Source: Halorussus marinus
GTDB taxonomy: Archaea; Halobacteriota; Halobacteria; Halobacteriales; Haladaptataceae
Length of the DNA stretch: 64,000 nucleotides
NCBI RefSeq assembly: GCF_004765795.1
Contig: NZ_SBIV01000007.1
Location: 62,001-126,000, forward strand
Reading direction: 5' to 3'
The stretch's first letter is position 1; each line of letters starts with the position of its first letter. The notes beneath the pieces were generated by a model, which made no database searches, was not told the DNA's origin, and saw nothing but the letters and a program-made list of their open reading frames with translations. Shown here one piece after another: positions 47,713-57,283 of this stretch. A program made the position numbers and the translations under genes.

Positions 47713-50700
47713 CTATTCTGATTTGAGTGCAAGCCCCTCGTAGTATCGAACAGAGTCGCCGTTCTCATTGTCTGTGTTCCGCTCGAACGTGACATAGTTC
47801 CCGAGGCGACGGCCGAACCAGGGTTTGCTATCTGTATCAATCCCGTGAGCCTCAGCCCACTGCTCGTAGATTTCGTAGACATCTCCGGCGGCTACTCTGC
47901 TTTCCGGATCTTCGACGAGGTGTGTCTCTGCGAATCGCTCAACAACCGCCTCTGGATCCTCAGCAATATCGTCAATCGATGGCTGAGGCGCCTGCTGAAT
48001 ATGGTCTGCCTGTTCTCCTGTCGTTTCTTCGCACCCACTTGTGGTGACGGTATCGAGTAAGGTGTCCATCGAGTACGTACCGTCAGTATCGTACACGACC
48101 GGGTTGCCTTCTTCAGGGAGAATGACGATAGCGTACGACGTGGGGCTATAATCGGGTGTCTGGAGTTCGGCTTCGGGGACGAATGGCTTCTTGATACGCA
48201 CCCAGTCGCCCTCGAACGCCGATTTCGTCTCGTAGATGTGTTGCTCACCGTGCTCGTATACGACGTACTCGTCGGCAGCGTGGTCGTAGCTGTAGATAGC
48301 TGGAACACGATCTTTCGAGAGTTTTCCAAGCGACTCGAGGCGGATATGTTCCGTCCCGCTGGCATCACGAAGGACGATCTCGTCGCCATCACGCTGCCAG
48401 ATGTTCTGAGTCCCGTTCTCGTCGTCGGTCGCCGGTCGGACGGCCGTCACTCCACCTTCTTCGGTCGCTCCACCGTTGAACGTGAGATTCGAGTCAGTCG
48501 TGTAGAACCGTGTCTCACCATTCTGGAGTGTGCGAACGGGTGGTGTGAGAATGCCGTCGACACGCTCGGCCCACTCAGTTTCGTCGTTTCCTGGTCGAAC
48601 GACAAACAGCGGGATATCCCCTGCTTCTTGGGCTTTCCGGAGATTCGTGAGCACCTTCGCGGGATTCTCGGGTGTCGTCGTTTCGACTTCGATGGCGAAT
48701 CGGTCGGAAACGTCGGGGTGGCTCGCCCTCGCGTCAGGTTTCTCGCTGCCATCCTGTGCGAGGATCGAGACGGTGAAACCGAGTGCAGTGAGTTCTTCTT
48801 CGATCTGAAGGAGTGCTGCGTCGTGGGCACTCCCACCGGCGGCCTGCACGCCACCAGTATCGGGTGTCGCGACCTTTTCTCCGGCGTCAGTGAGCCGGAT
48901 GCGGAGCTCGTCGGCGTCGATATCGACGGTCGTATCGAGGTATCGTGATCGTTCGCGAATGTCCGCGAGTGCATCATACGATGGCGGCTCGGCGTCGACG
49001 TCGTCAAAGAGGCGTCTGAGTTCGTCGTCAACCGCTTCAACGGCCACCCAACCGTTCTCCTCACGGCATCCTTCTCGAAGCTGGAGACTCCGGACCACCG
49101 TCGCAATCGCGACGTCCAGGTCGTCGCTCGCGATATCGAGCACTCCGTGTCCGTCGGTCGGTGTTCTCGTTGTTGAGGCGTCTGTTGCAGCCGGCACGCC
49201 GTGTTCCTCGCTGATGTTCTCGTGCATCGAGGAGAGTGTCTCAGTGAACTGCTCCTCTTCACGCTCTGTGAGCGGAGATTCGCTCTCGGGGTGGCCCGGT
49301 GGAATCGGGAGTGGTTCGAGACTGAACGGATACGGCCCCGTTTCACCGAACGTCGGGCTTGGCAGGCTGGCGATCCACTCCCCTCGTGGCAACGAACGAA
49401 TCCGATTGGCGAAATCCGCGGGGTCCATCTCTTCGTGGGCCATCGCTCGCGCCAGTTCCCGGTCGACGTTGATTTTCCCGATGAGTGAACTGCCGATGTT
49501 GTTCAGAGCATTCAGGTAGATCTTCCGCCCACCTTCAGCCTCCATCTGTTCGGGGAACTGCATCGACAGGCCAACAGAGAGCCGGAATCCCCGGCCTTTC
49601 TCGAGGAGATCATTCATGATGTCGGAGACTACGACCGACGCTGCCTCGTCGACGAGCAAGTTCACGACGTAGTCGTCCGAGTGCTGGGAGAGGGCCTGTT
49701 TGCGGTCCTTGAGAGCTGCATCGAGATTGGTCAGGATCACACCAGTCATGATCCGGGCAGCGTCGTCGCGGAGATCTCCGAGGTCGAAGAGGATGACCGT
49801 ATCCTCGTCGAGGACATCCCGAAAGTCGAACTGGTTCTCGGTATTGTTGAAGATCTGCCGCAGGTGCGTATCCTGTGAAATGTACGCAAGGCGGTTTCCG
49901 ACACCCCCCATCACGTTCGCGAAGGTGTTCGAATCTAACTGGAGTTGCCGTCGAATCGTCCGCGTGACTTCCTCGTCGCTCGACCGTGGGGCGTCGCCGA
50001 TGTTCTCGTTCGGTGGCCCGGCCTCCCAGAGCTGGTCGACGACGTGTTCGAGCTGTCGGTGGGCAAAGTAATCCGTCGACGCTCGGTAGAGCCCGTTCTC
50101 ACGCCCGTATTCCTCGTCGAACAGTGCCTTGATGAGTGTCTTGATGAGAGTTGGAGCCACAGTCGCCCGCTCGTAGCGGTCGGTTCCCATCACGAGCTTC
50201 AAAATCTCTTCGTAGTGGTCGGCCTTCCGTTGGACGGCGTCTTCGCGGCGCCGTCCGCTCTCCATCGACGGTTCGAGATCGAAAAACGAGAACCCGGGGA
50301 GGACGTCCGGAATCGGGAAGTGGACGACGTTCTCTTCGAGGTCGGTCATTCCGAACCGACGCGCGTGAGCCCGCATGTAATTCTGGGCCATATCGTCGTT
50401 TTTCGGGATGATGAGGATCGTCGGCCCCTCGGTGTTGTCGTACAGCGACAGCATATCGTTGATGAGGGCTTTCGACTTCCCAGAGCCGGTTGTTCCGAAC
50501 CGGCCGTAATGAGTGGGCAGCAGTCCGGGTGGAATGTGTGTCGGCTCGTCTTCGGCCTCGCCGGTGTCGTCGAGGGCATACCCGATTGCCATCCCGTCTC
50601 GGAACTCACTCATGAGGTCTTGGTGCGGACGGGGCAACGGATTCCGACTCTGCTGTTCCGCACGCGTCCCCCGTGTCCCCTCGACAGTAAGCTGTTCCGA

Positions 50701-52008
50701 GGAGGGGACGAGTACGAAGTGCGCGAGTTCTCGGCCGCTCAGGACGAACTCCGGTCGGGTCTTTCCACGGCCAGTCGTGATCTCACGATCCAAGAGCCGC
50801 TGCAGCGCCGCTCGGGCGTTTCGTTCTTTCGTGGCTGCCCGGAAGCCGCTGTTGCGTACCCGTTCGGCCGCAACCTGGTAGTACGGTCCATCAAGCGGGT
50901 CGAATACCGGGACAAGTGATTGCATCCGCTCATCGAGTTCACCGCGACCGTCGTCACCGGATGGAATCCCGATTGCTCGGACATTCGCAGTGAACGACCG
51001 CTTCGGATTTTTCGCCTCAATCGCCTCGACACGTTTTGCAACCGCATCGCTCAGCTGGTTTCTGTCCCGGCTCTCCGACTGATCGTCGAGTTCGAAAAGG
51101 GAGCCAATAATTTCCTGAGCGAGTGTGTCTCGTCCGTCGATGACGTCCTCCTTGCGAAGGTCGGCATCGGACTGCCAGCTCTCGCGTCGTTGGAAGACGA
51201 CCTGGAACGCTACTGGTGCTGTCGCCTCCATCAGATGGTCGACGAGTGACGCGAGCGCACCTCCTGGCTGATCGACGGCTGGGAGTTCTGCTTCGTCGTC
51301 GGCAGTAACTGGCAAGAGTGAGGTCATCCAGTCTTGCTTCCGAGTCGCCGACCCTTGCCACCGTACGCCGAGTGGGGAGACGGATTCGGTCGCTGGCCGT
51401 GCGAGTATCGTCCCCTCCGATGTTACCGTTGGTTTGGCAAGCGTGGTGAGTGGCTCATCCTCAGGAATCGCATCTGGTGGGGCGAGTTCGAGGGCAGTAT
51501 CACCAATCTCGATGAAGTGGTCGGCAGACTGGTCACCGACTGTTCCTCCATCCGCGACTGATTCGGCGTCTGCTGGCCCCGCTTGTTTGTTGTCGTCAGT
51601 GCCACGTTCGTATTGCTCGTCAGGGCCGAACTCATACCTGAGCCCGCCCGAGTTATACTGCTCGACGAATGTCTCTCGGTCGAATTCGACAGGCTGCACG
51701 AGTCGGGATGCGACGTCGACCTCGGTACGCTCGATGTCGAACGTCTCGGGATAGACCGACTGGAGCCGCTTCTCAAGGGTATCTAGATGGTCGTCGGCAC
51801 CGTAGTAGAATTCGACGGGGTCATCTGCCCCCTCGCTCAGCGCGAGAAATTCGAATTGTATCGGTGTGTCGCTATGTAGCGGATTGAGTTTGTCAACTAG
51901 CCCTGTCGAGTCCGTTGAGGTCAGTTTGTGGAGGCTCTCCAGTGCCTGCGGCAGACGCTCCGGATTGAGGCGTTCGGAGGTTGGCGTCACGCGAAGATAC
52001 TCACGCAT
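47713..52008 (-). CDS. VirD4/TraD-like ATPase fused to putative wHTH + PD-(D/E)XK nuclease and a C-terminal D5/P4-like wHTH
   Basis: Walker A GTTGSGKS, Walker B LLVDEA, KGRGF...QFPEQ and LPRGE. ATG 52008 has a GGAGGTG RBS and overlaps the virB4 3' end. Confidence 0.8.
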   Translation of the reverse strand: MREYLRVTPTSERLNPERLPQALESLHKLTSTDSTGLVDKLNPLHSDTPIQFEFLALSEGADDPVEFYYGADDHLDTLEKRLQSVYPETFDIERTEVDVASRLVQPVEFDRETFVEQYNSGGLRYEFGPDEQYERGTDDNKQAGPADAESVADGGTVGDQSADHFIEIGDTALELAPPDAIPEDEPLTTLAKPTVTSEGTILARPATESVSPLGVRWQGSATRKQDWMTSLLPVTADDEAELPAVDQPGGALASLVDHLMEATAPVAFQVVFQRRESWQSDADLRKEDVIDGRDTLAQEIIGSLFELDDQSESRDRNQLSDAVAKRVEAIEAKNPKRSFTANVRAIGIPSGDDGRGELDERMQSLVPVFDPLDGPYYQVAAERVRNSGFRAATKERNARAALQRLLDREITTGRGKTRPEFVLSGRELAHFVLVPSSEQLTVEGTRGTRAEQQSRNPLPRPHQDLMSEFRDGMAIGYALDDTGEAEDEPTHIPPGLLPTHYGRFGTTGSGKSKALINDMLSLYDNTEGPTILIIPKNDDMAQNYMRAHARRFGMTDLEENVVHFPIPDVLPGFSFFDLEPSMESGRRREDAVQRKADHYEEILKLVMGTDRYERATVAPTLIKTLIKALFDEEYGRENGLYRASTDYFAHRQLEHVVDQLWEAGPPNENIGDAPRSSDEEVTRTIRRQLQLDSNTFANVMGGVGNRLAYISQDTHLRQIFNNTENQFDFRDVLDEDTVILFDLGDLRDDAARIMTGVILTNLDAALKDRKQALSQHSDDYVVNLLVDEAASVVVSDIMNDLLEKGRGFRLSVGLSMQFPEQMEAEGGRKIYLNALNNIGSSLIGKINVDRELARAMAHEEMDPADFANRIRSLPRGEWIASLPSPTFGETGPYPFSLEPLPIPPGHPESESPLTEREEEQFTETLSSMHENISEEHGVPAATDASTTRTPTDGHGVLDIASDDLDVAIATVVRSLQLREGCREENGWVAVEAVDDELRRLFDDVDAEPPSYDALADIRERSRYLDTTVDIDADELRIRLTDAGEKVATPDTGGVQAAGGSAHDAALLQIEEELTALGFTVSILAQDGSEKPDARASHPDVSDRFAIEVETTTPENPAKVLTNLRKAQEAGDIPLFVVRPGNDETEWAERVDGILTPPVRTLQNGETRFYTTDSNLTFNGGATEEGGVTAVRPATDDENGTQNIWQRDGDEIVLRDASGTEHIRLESLGKLSKDRVPAIYSYDHAADEYVVYEHGEQHIYETKSAFEGDWVRIKKPFVPEAELQTPDYSPTSYAIVILPEEGNPVVYDTDGTYSMDTLLDTVTTSGCEETTGEQADHIQQAPQPSIDDIAEDPEAVVERFAETHLVEDPESRVAAGDVYEIYEQWAEAHGIDTDSKPWFGRRLGNYVTFERNTDNENGDSVRYYEGLALKSE

Positions 52009-54208
52009 CGTCGCCACCTCCCGTTTCGCCGCCATCAGTCTCTGTTGGCGTCCGCTCAGATTGGAGTTGTCCGTTGTCAGTCCTTCGGCGTTCAATCTCG
52101 TCTTGGAACGCCTGCACGTCCGCGTCCACGGCGTTCTCACCAGTCCCGGGGAGTGAGGATCGCCGTTGCTCGGTTGGCTCGAAGTCGATGACTTGCTTCT
52201 CTTTGGGCATCGCTTTGACCTGGATGCCGCGCCACTCGCCGTCGACGCCCACCAGCGCCTCGGAGAAGCCGGCGTCCTCGTTGCCCGGCACGGCGTCCTG
52301 GACGAACCGCATCTGTGCGTAGTTCAGGCCGAACTCGTCGGCCCACTCCTCGTCCATCCCGTCGAGGCGGTGGAACTGCTTGACCGCACACTGGTCCAGA
52401 ATCGCCTCGGATTCGGCGTGCTCGAAGAACTCGTCGACCGTCTGCGTGACCAGCCGGATCGAGAGGTCGTGATGCCGGTGATGGCGGAATACCGTTTCGA
52501 GGAACGCCAGGCTCGCGGCGTCCTGCATAATGTAGCGCGCCTCGTCGATGTAGAACACGACCTCCTTCTCCGAGACTTTCGCCCGCTCATACACCAGCGA
52601 GATCAGGAGCTGCATCGTCAGCGCCGTGCTGCTGTCGACGCTGCCCTCCTGCTGAGCGAGGTCGAGGTAGATGACCTTCTCGTCCCGGATGTCGAAGTCG
52701 GACTCTTGGCCGAGGTTGGCGTGCCGCCCGTCGTCCTCGAAGGGGCGGAGCTGGTCGAGGAGCCACGTCGCGTCCTCCTTGATCTTCCCCGCCTCCTCGT
52801 CGGACCGGACGACGAACTCCTCGGGGTCGTTGACCATCTCCTCGAAGACGTCCATCATATCCTGAATCGTCGGGCTCGGGTTGCCGTGCGTGGAGATGTC
52901 GTCGGTAATCCCGTTGCGCTTGTACGCCCGCTTGAGCCCGAGTTCCAGCGTCGTCCGGCGGTCACCCAGCGAGATGCCCCGCAGCGCGAAGAAGTTCGTG
53001 AGGAAGCTCATCGCGTCGTCGAGCTTCTCGTTGAATGGGCTCGCGTCCTCGCCCATCGCCCGCTGGACATGCTCGGGCGTCTCGCGGATCTCCAGGGGGT
53101 TCAGCCCGAGCGTCCCGCCGACAGTGATGCGTTTGGCGTCGAGGGCTTCGGCGACGCCGGCCCAGTTGTTCAGCGGTTCGAGGATGATGCCGATACGGTC
53201 CTTGCTCTGCTCGATCGACCGGATGAAGTTCTGCTTCGAACTGAACGACTTCCCCGACCCCGTGTCGCCGACGGTGAACATCGCGTAGCCGTTGTCCCGC
53301 GCGAACGGGTCGATGACCACGGGACTCTGGTTGTCCTTGTGAATCCCGAATTCGACGCCGCCCTCCTCGAGGATCGTCGCGTTGTGCGGCGAAGACAGTA
53401 ACGCGCCGACGGCGCCGCCGAGCGCAATCGACGTCCGCCCGAACTCGTTGTCGCCGATGGGCGCGGCGGACTGGAGGGCGAGGTCCTGCCGGCAGATCGC
53501 CGTTTTCGGCGTGAGGTTCGCCGGATCGTCGCGGAGTGCGCTCTTGACCTTCTGGACGGCGTCCCTGAGTTCCTCCTTCTCGTCGGCTCTGACCGTGATG
53601 AACATCCCCTGGTCGAAGACATTCGCGCCGTTCTCGACGGCCTTGTACGTCGCTGCGGCCTCGTTGGCACGTTCCTGTAGGTAGGCACTCCGGACGCTCT
53701 GTTCGAGGTCAGCGTCCACCTGGAGGTCGTCAGCGATGTCCTGCAGTTCGTTCCGGGCCCGCTCCTGGTTCTTCGGCGTGATGTGGGCCGTCAGGTCGAA
53801 CTGCACGTCGGTCATCTCGAAGAGCTCGGAGAGGTAGCCGTCGTTGGGGTAGTCCGGGTAGTCAGCGATGTACAGCGTCGTCGTCCACTGCTCGCCGACC
53901 CGTGCCGCGCGCGTCTCCCACTCGATCGCCGCCGGCGCCGTCACCATCTTGTGTGACTCAGCGATGTCGTCGAGGAGTTGGCGTTCGGCCGCGCCCTGTT
54001 CGATGGTCTCCTCGTCGAGCAAATCCGAGAACTCGACCTCTTCCTCGTCGTCTTCGGTGTACCAGTCCCAGAGGAGTTTCCCGCCGATCCCGACCAGTAC
54101 CGCGAGCAGGATGTAGAGAGCCGCACCTTCCGCTGAGGTTGGGTTCGTGAGCCACTCCGTGAGCTGGCCGACAGCTCCGCTGTCCGTCTGGAGGATGAGG
54201 TTACGCAT
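52001..54208 (-). CDS. virB4: VirB4-like T4SS ATPase
   Basis: GDTGSGKS, LNPLE, FYIDEA, RH...LVTQ and an N-terminal TM segment. Start is 54208 or 54217. Confidence 0.9.
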   Translation of the reverse strand: MRNLILQTDSGAVGQLTEWLTNPTSAEGAALYILLAVLVGIGGKLLWDWYTEDDEEEVEFSDLLDEETIEQGAAERQLLDDIAESHKMVTAPAAIEWETRAARVGEQWTTTLYIADYPDYPNDGYLSELFEMTDVQFDLTAHITPKNQERARNELQDIADDLQVDADLEQSVRSAYLQERANEAAATYKAVENGANVFDQGMFITVRADEKEELRDAVQKVKSALRDDPANLTPKTAICRQDLALQSAAPIGDNEFGRTSIALGGAVGALLSSPHNATILEEGGVEFGIHKDNQSPVVIDPFARDNGYAMFTVGDTGSGKSFSSKQNFIRSIEQSKDRIGIILEPLNNWAGVAEALDAKRITVGGTLGLNPLEIRETPEHVQRAMGEDASPFNEKLDDAMSFLTNFFALRGISLGDRRTTLELGLKRAYKRNGITDDISTHGNPSPTIQDMMDVFEEMVNDPEEFVVRSDEEAGKIKEDATWLLDQLRPFEDDGRHANLGQESDFDIRDEKVIYLDLAQQEGSVDSSTALTMQLLISLVYERAKVSEKEVVFYIDEARYIMQDAASLAFLETVFRHHRHHDLSIRLVTQTVDEFFEHAESEAILDQCAVKQFHRLDGMDEEWADEFGLNYAQMRFVQDAVPGNEDAGFSEALVGVDGEWRGIQVKAMPKEKQVIDFEPTEQRRSSLPGTGENAVDADVQAFQDEIERRRTDNGQLQSERTPTETDGGETGGGDDA

Positions 54209-55322
54209 CGTGGTCATCCTCCCGGCGCGAATGGCCGATGATGGGTCGTTCGCGAACGACGCTCTCTGCGTCGTCGTACTCGTGTTCGCGGCCGTTCCAG
54301 AAGTCCATATTCAACACGAAGAGTTCGACCGTGCTGAGCCGGCGTGCGGACCAGCCAGACGCCTGCTGGATGAACTCCGAGCGCACGTCGTTGACCCGGC
54401 TATCCAGCTTCTCGAACATCTGTGCGCGGCGCTCGACGTCGGTGAGGTCCTCGCGGCGGGTGACGAACGGGTTGAACAGGAACCCGATGACGGGGAACTG
54501 CGTCAGCTTCTCGGCCGGCGTCCCCTCGTCTCGGAAGCGGTCGTAGACCTCCAGCGGGGTGACTTGGACGCCGATGTAGTACCGCATCTGCTGGATGCCC
54601 CGTTCGCGCATCTCCTTCGGCCGGGTCTCTCGGTATTCCTCGAGGAGTTCTCGGAAGATGGGGTTTTCTTTGACGTCCTCGTCGTTCAGGCGGTCTTCGA
54701 TGTTCTCGGTGATCTGTTCGACTGGGAACGAGCGGGTCGTGGCGTGGAGTTTGAGCTTCGAGTCCAGTTCCTTGTTGGCGAACTCCTCGCCGGCGTCCTG
54801 GAGCTGTGCCCAGTCGTCGGACATCGCGAAGTCCATGTTGCCGGGGTCGATCTCGATGAACGCCTCCATCGTGCCGTCCGCGCGCTGGATCGCGCCAGCG
54901 CCCGGCCACGCCCGTTCGATGTTCGTGAGGACCTGTGTCCGCTCGTCGGGCTTGAACGGCGTGTAGTTCGCGAGCCCGCCCTCGTTGCGCTCTGTCTCGT
55001 TGGTACTACTGTCGGCCTCCTCCGGGGCACTGAACGTGATCTGGGGGCGCTTGACGTAGCGATAGACGTCTTTCGTCCACGTCCACGCGTTGAGGTGGTC
55101 GGGCGAGACGTAGACGATCGCGACGCCGAACCCGAAGCCACCTGCGACGAACGGCAGGGCGAGTGATTCGATGCCGGTGAGGCCAGCGATGAACAGGCCG
55201 ACGATCGGGAAAGCGATCAGGACGCTGACGTCGCCTTCCTCGATGTTGAGGTAGGGGATGCGACTCTCCTCACCGAACTGGTCCATGATGCGCCGTGCGG
55301 CTGCGTCTTCGTCGATGGCCAT
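54201..55322 (-). CDS. Membrane-anchored T4SS component (PrgI/VirB3-position gene)
   Basis: Two N-terminal TMs. Overlaps the virB4 start. The call rests largely on position. Confidence 0.65.
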   Translation of the reverse strand: MAIDEDAAARRIMDQFGEESRIPYLNIEEGDVSVLIAFPIVGLFIAGLTGIESLALPFVAGGFGFGVAIVYVSPDHLNAWTWTKDVYRYVKRPQITFSAPEEADSSTNETERNEGGLANYTPFKPDERTQVLTNIERAWPGAGAIQRADGTMEAFIEIDPGNMDFAMSDDWAQLQDAGEEFANKELDSKLKLHATTRSFPVEQITENIEDRLNDEDVKENPIFRELLEEYRETRPKEMRERGIQQMRYYIGVQVTPLEVYDRFRDEGTPAEKLTQFPVIGFLFNPFVTRREDLTDVERRAQMFEKLDSRVNDVRSEFIQQASGWSARRLSTVELFVLNMDFWNGREHEYDDAESVVRERPIIGHSRREDDHDA

Positions 55323-55328
55323 GGATTG

Positions 55329-55593
55329 TTAGTAACCTCCAGGGTCGTTCTCGGTCCGCCGGTACGACGGCGTCCCGCTGTCTTCGTCGCTGTTCGCGCC
55401 CCGGGCTGCAGCTTTCTGCGCCACAGCGTGTCCCGCTGCGGCCTTCGGTCCCCATCGGGCCGCTGTTGTCGCGACGCCGGCGCCGCCGATGTAGGCTCCA
55501 GCGGCGACACCGCCGATGAGGGCCGCTCCTTTCGTCGCACCACCGAGAACCTTCGCCGTCAGTGGGGTTGCGTATTTGAACGTCTTCCAGGTT
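55329..55593 (-). pseudogene. 3' remnant of a T4SS membrane gene (VirB6-like position) cut by ISH3
   Basis: Open frame TWKTFKYATP...GGVAAGAYIGGAG...ENDPGGY* begins at the IS edge. Confidence 0.7.
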
Positions 55594-56985
55594 CAGTACC
55601 TCACAAAGCTCGCAAGTTGAAGGAGTCCGCTTGCTGAGTTGTGTCCAAGCAAGCAAAGCAAGCGGACAATGAAATCCACGAGGACCAGCTCCTTAACTTC
55701 CTCGTCAACTGCCTTGACGAGGAAGTTTCTCTCAACCTCGCCAACAACGCTGAAATCGGTGCAGAGGACATCTACGAGGTCCTCGTCGGCGCGACCGCCG
55801 ACGGGACCTCGATCTCGACGCTGTGCAACTCCAGTGAAGACTCGCCATCGGCGAACACAGTTCTCTATCATCTACGGACGAAGTTCGAGCCCGAACGGCT
55901 CGAACGAGTCGCTAACACGCTTCTTCGCCGAGACATCGTCGAACTGCTTCCCGAGCAGGTGGAGGTCTGCGCAGACCTCCACCTGCGGCCCTACTACGGT
56001 GATGAAGACGACACGGAGAACCTCTATCACTCGGAAGCCAAGCGTGGAACCACCGCATTCCACGCCTACGCCACACTCTACGCGCGTGTGAAGAACAAAC
56101 GCTACACGCTGGCGGTGCGCCGTCTCGAAGACGGCGACACCGCCAGCAGCGTCCTCGCTGAGTTCCTTGGTGTACTCGACGGCCTTGACACCGAGGTCAA
56201 GGCCGTCTACCTTGATCGCGGATTCTACGACAGCAAGTGTCTCACGCTGCTTCAGGCGCACAACTACGCCTACGTGGTCCCAATCATTCAGTGGGGTGAG
56301 GCGATTCAGCAGGAACTCTCGGAAGGATGGAGTCGCATTATTCAACACAACCTGACAGGGAAACTCGACGGTCACAGCTGGACCGTCGAGTTTCCCGTCT
56401 ACATCGACTGTACGTACCTGAACGGACGATATGACGAGAACGGTGTAGCGCGTCACGGCTACGCCGCTGACGCGCCGTTCATCGAGACGCCACGCGAAGC
56501 GCGATACCACTACAGCAAACGCTTCGGTATCGAATCGAGCTATCGCTTGTCCGAGCAAGCGATAGCGACGACAACGACACGAGACGCGACGGTGAGACTG
56601 CTGTACGTCGTAGTGAGTCTGCTGCTACAGAATGTTTGGCGGTATCTCCACTACGAATACGTGGCGACGCCGCGCCGAGGCGGGCGTCGCCTCTGGTGGT
56701 GGCCGTACAAGGAGTTCGTGAATATGGTTCGACGGGCTGCGTGGACGGCCCTTGCGGTGCGTCGGGCCGTCCCCGCGAACCGACCACCTGACGACCGATT
56801 CCACCGCTAACCACTGACCGGGACAGCCCCCGCACTGAGTGGCGACGCTGTCGCGTCGGCGGCTAAGCGCCGCCGACAGCGACAGCTTCCCGTCGATCTG
56901 TGAGGAGATCGCGGTCGGTCACTGCACTCCGCAACAGAAATCAGACCTCAGACTGACTCAACTGAGGACGCTTTGTGAGGTACTG
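55594..56985 (+). mobile_element. ISH3-family insertion sequence
   Basis: Perfect 16-bp terminal inverted repeats cagtacctcacaaagc / gctttgtgaggtactg. 1392 bp. Flanks (aggtt, aaatt) do not match. Confidence 0.95.
55641..56810 (+). CDS. ISH3-family DDE transposase
   Basis: ADLH, YLDRGF and YSKRFGIESSYR. 389 aa, intact. Confidence 0.95.
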   Translation: MSKQAKQADNEIHEDQLLNFLVNCLDEEVSLNLANNAEIGAEDIYEVLVGATADGTSISTLCNSSEDSPSANTVLYHLRTKFEPERLERVANTLLRRDIVELLPEQVEVCADLHLRPYYGDEDDTENLYHSEAKRGTTAFHAYATLYARVKNKRYTLAVRRLEDGDTASSVLAEFLGVLDGLDTEVKAVYLDRGFYDSKCLTLLQAHNYAYVVPIIQWGEAIQQELSEGWSRIIQHNLTGKLDGHSWTVEFPVYIDCTYLNGRYDENGVARHGYAADAPFIETPREARYHYSKRFGIESSYRLSEQAIATTTTRDATVRLLYVVVSLLLQNVWRYLHYEYVATPRRGGRRLWWWPYKEFVNMVRRAAWTALAVRRAVPANRPPDDRFHR

Positions 56986-57283
56986 AAATTGAATGTGCCC
57001 TCGACGCCAGCGGGAAAGCGCGGGGGGTTGCGCGGCGTGGCTGCTCACCCCCCACGCTTTCTCCGCTGGTCGCTCGCTCCGGGCGGGTCGGCGCGCGGCG
57101 CTGGTTGTATCCCTCCGTGCGGGCGCGCTCTCGCTCGCGCCCGGTAGGGCGCTCGCGAAGGCGCGAGCGAGAGCGCGCAGACGGCTCTGTCGGTCGTGAC
57201 GTCGAGGAAATCCCCGTGCTGGAACACGGGGTGTCGGGCGCTGTGGTGAGCGCCTTCGGGTTACCGCAATGTCGAGTAACAAC
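56986..57283 (+). repeat. Structured leader, copy 2
   Basis: Same 19-bp stem (57123-57141 / 57160-57178) and a hairpin at 57212-57231. Ends in ATG-Ser-Ser-Asn-Asn like copy 1. Confidence 0.9.

Larger units (their letters stand above)
21838..55593 (-). mobile_element. Backbone of a conjugative/integrative haloarchaeal element (truncated; limits uncertain)
   Basis: Co-oriented T4SS ATPases, primase-polymerase, SSB, TFB and small genes that share a leader motif. No integrase in the window. Confidence 0.75.

Noticed and set aside
52166..55166. Long plus-strand ORFs (411 aa, 339 aa) opposite virB4 and its neighbour
   Set aside because: Antisense shadows typical of high-GC genes. The same applies to most short track ORFs.
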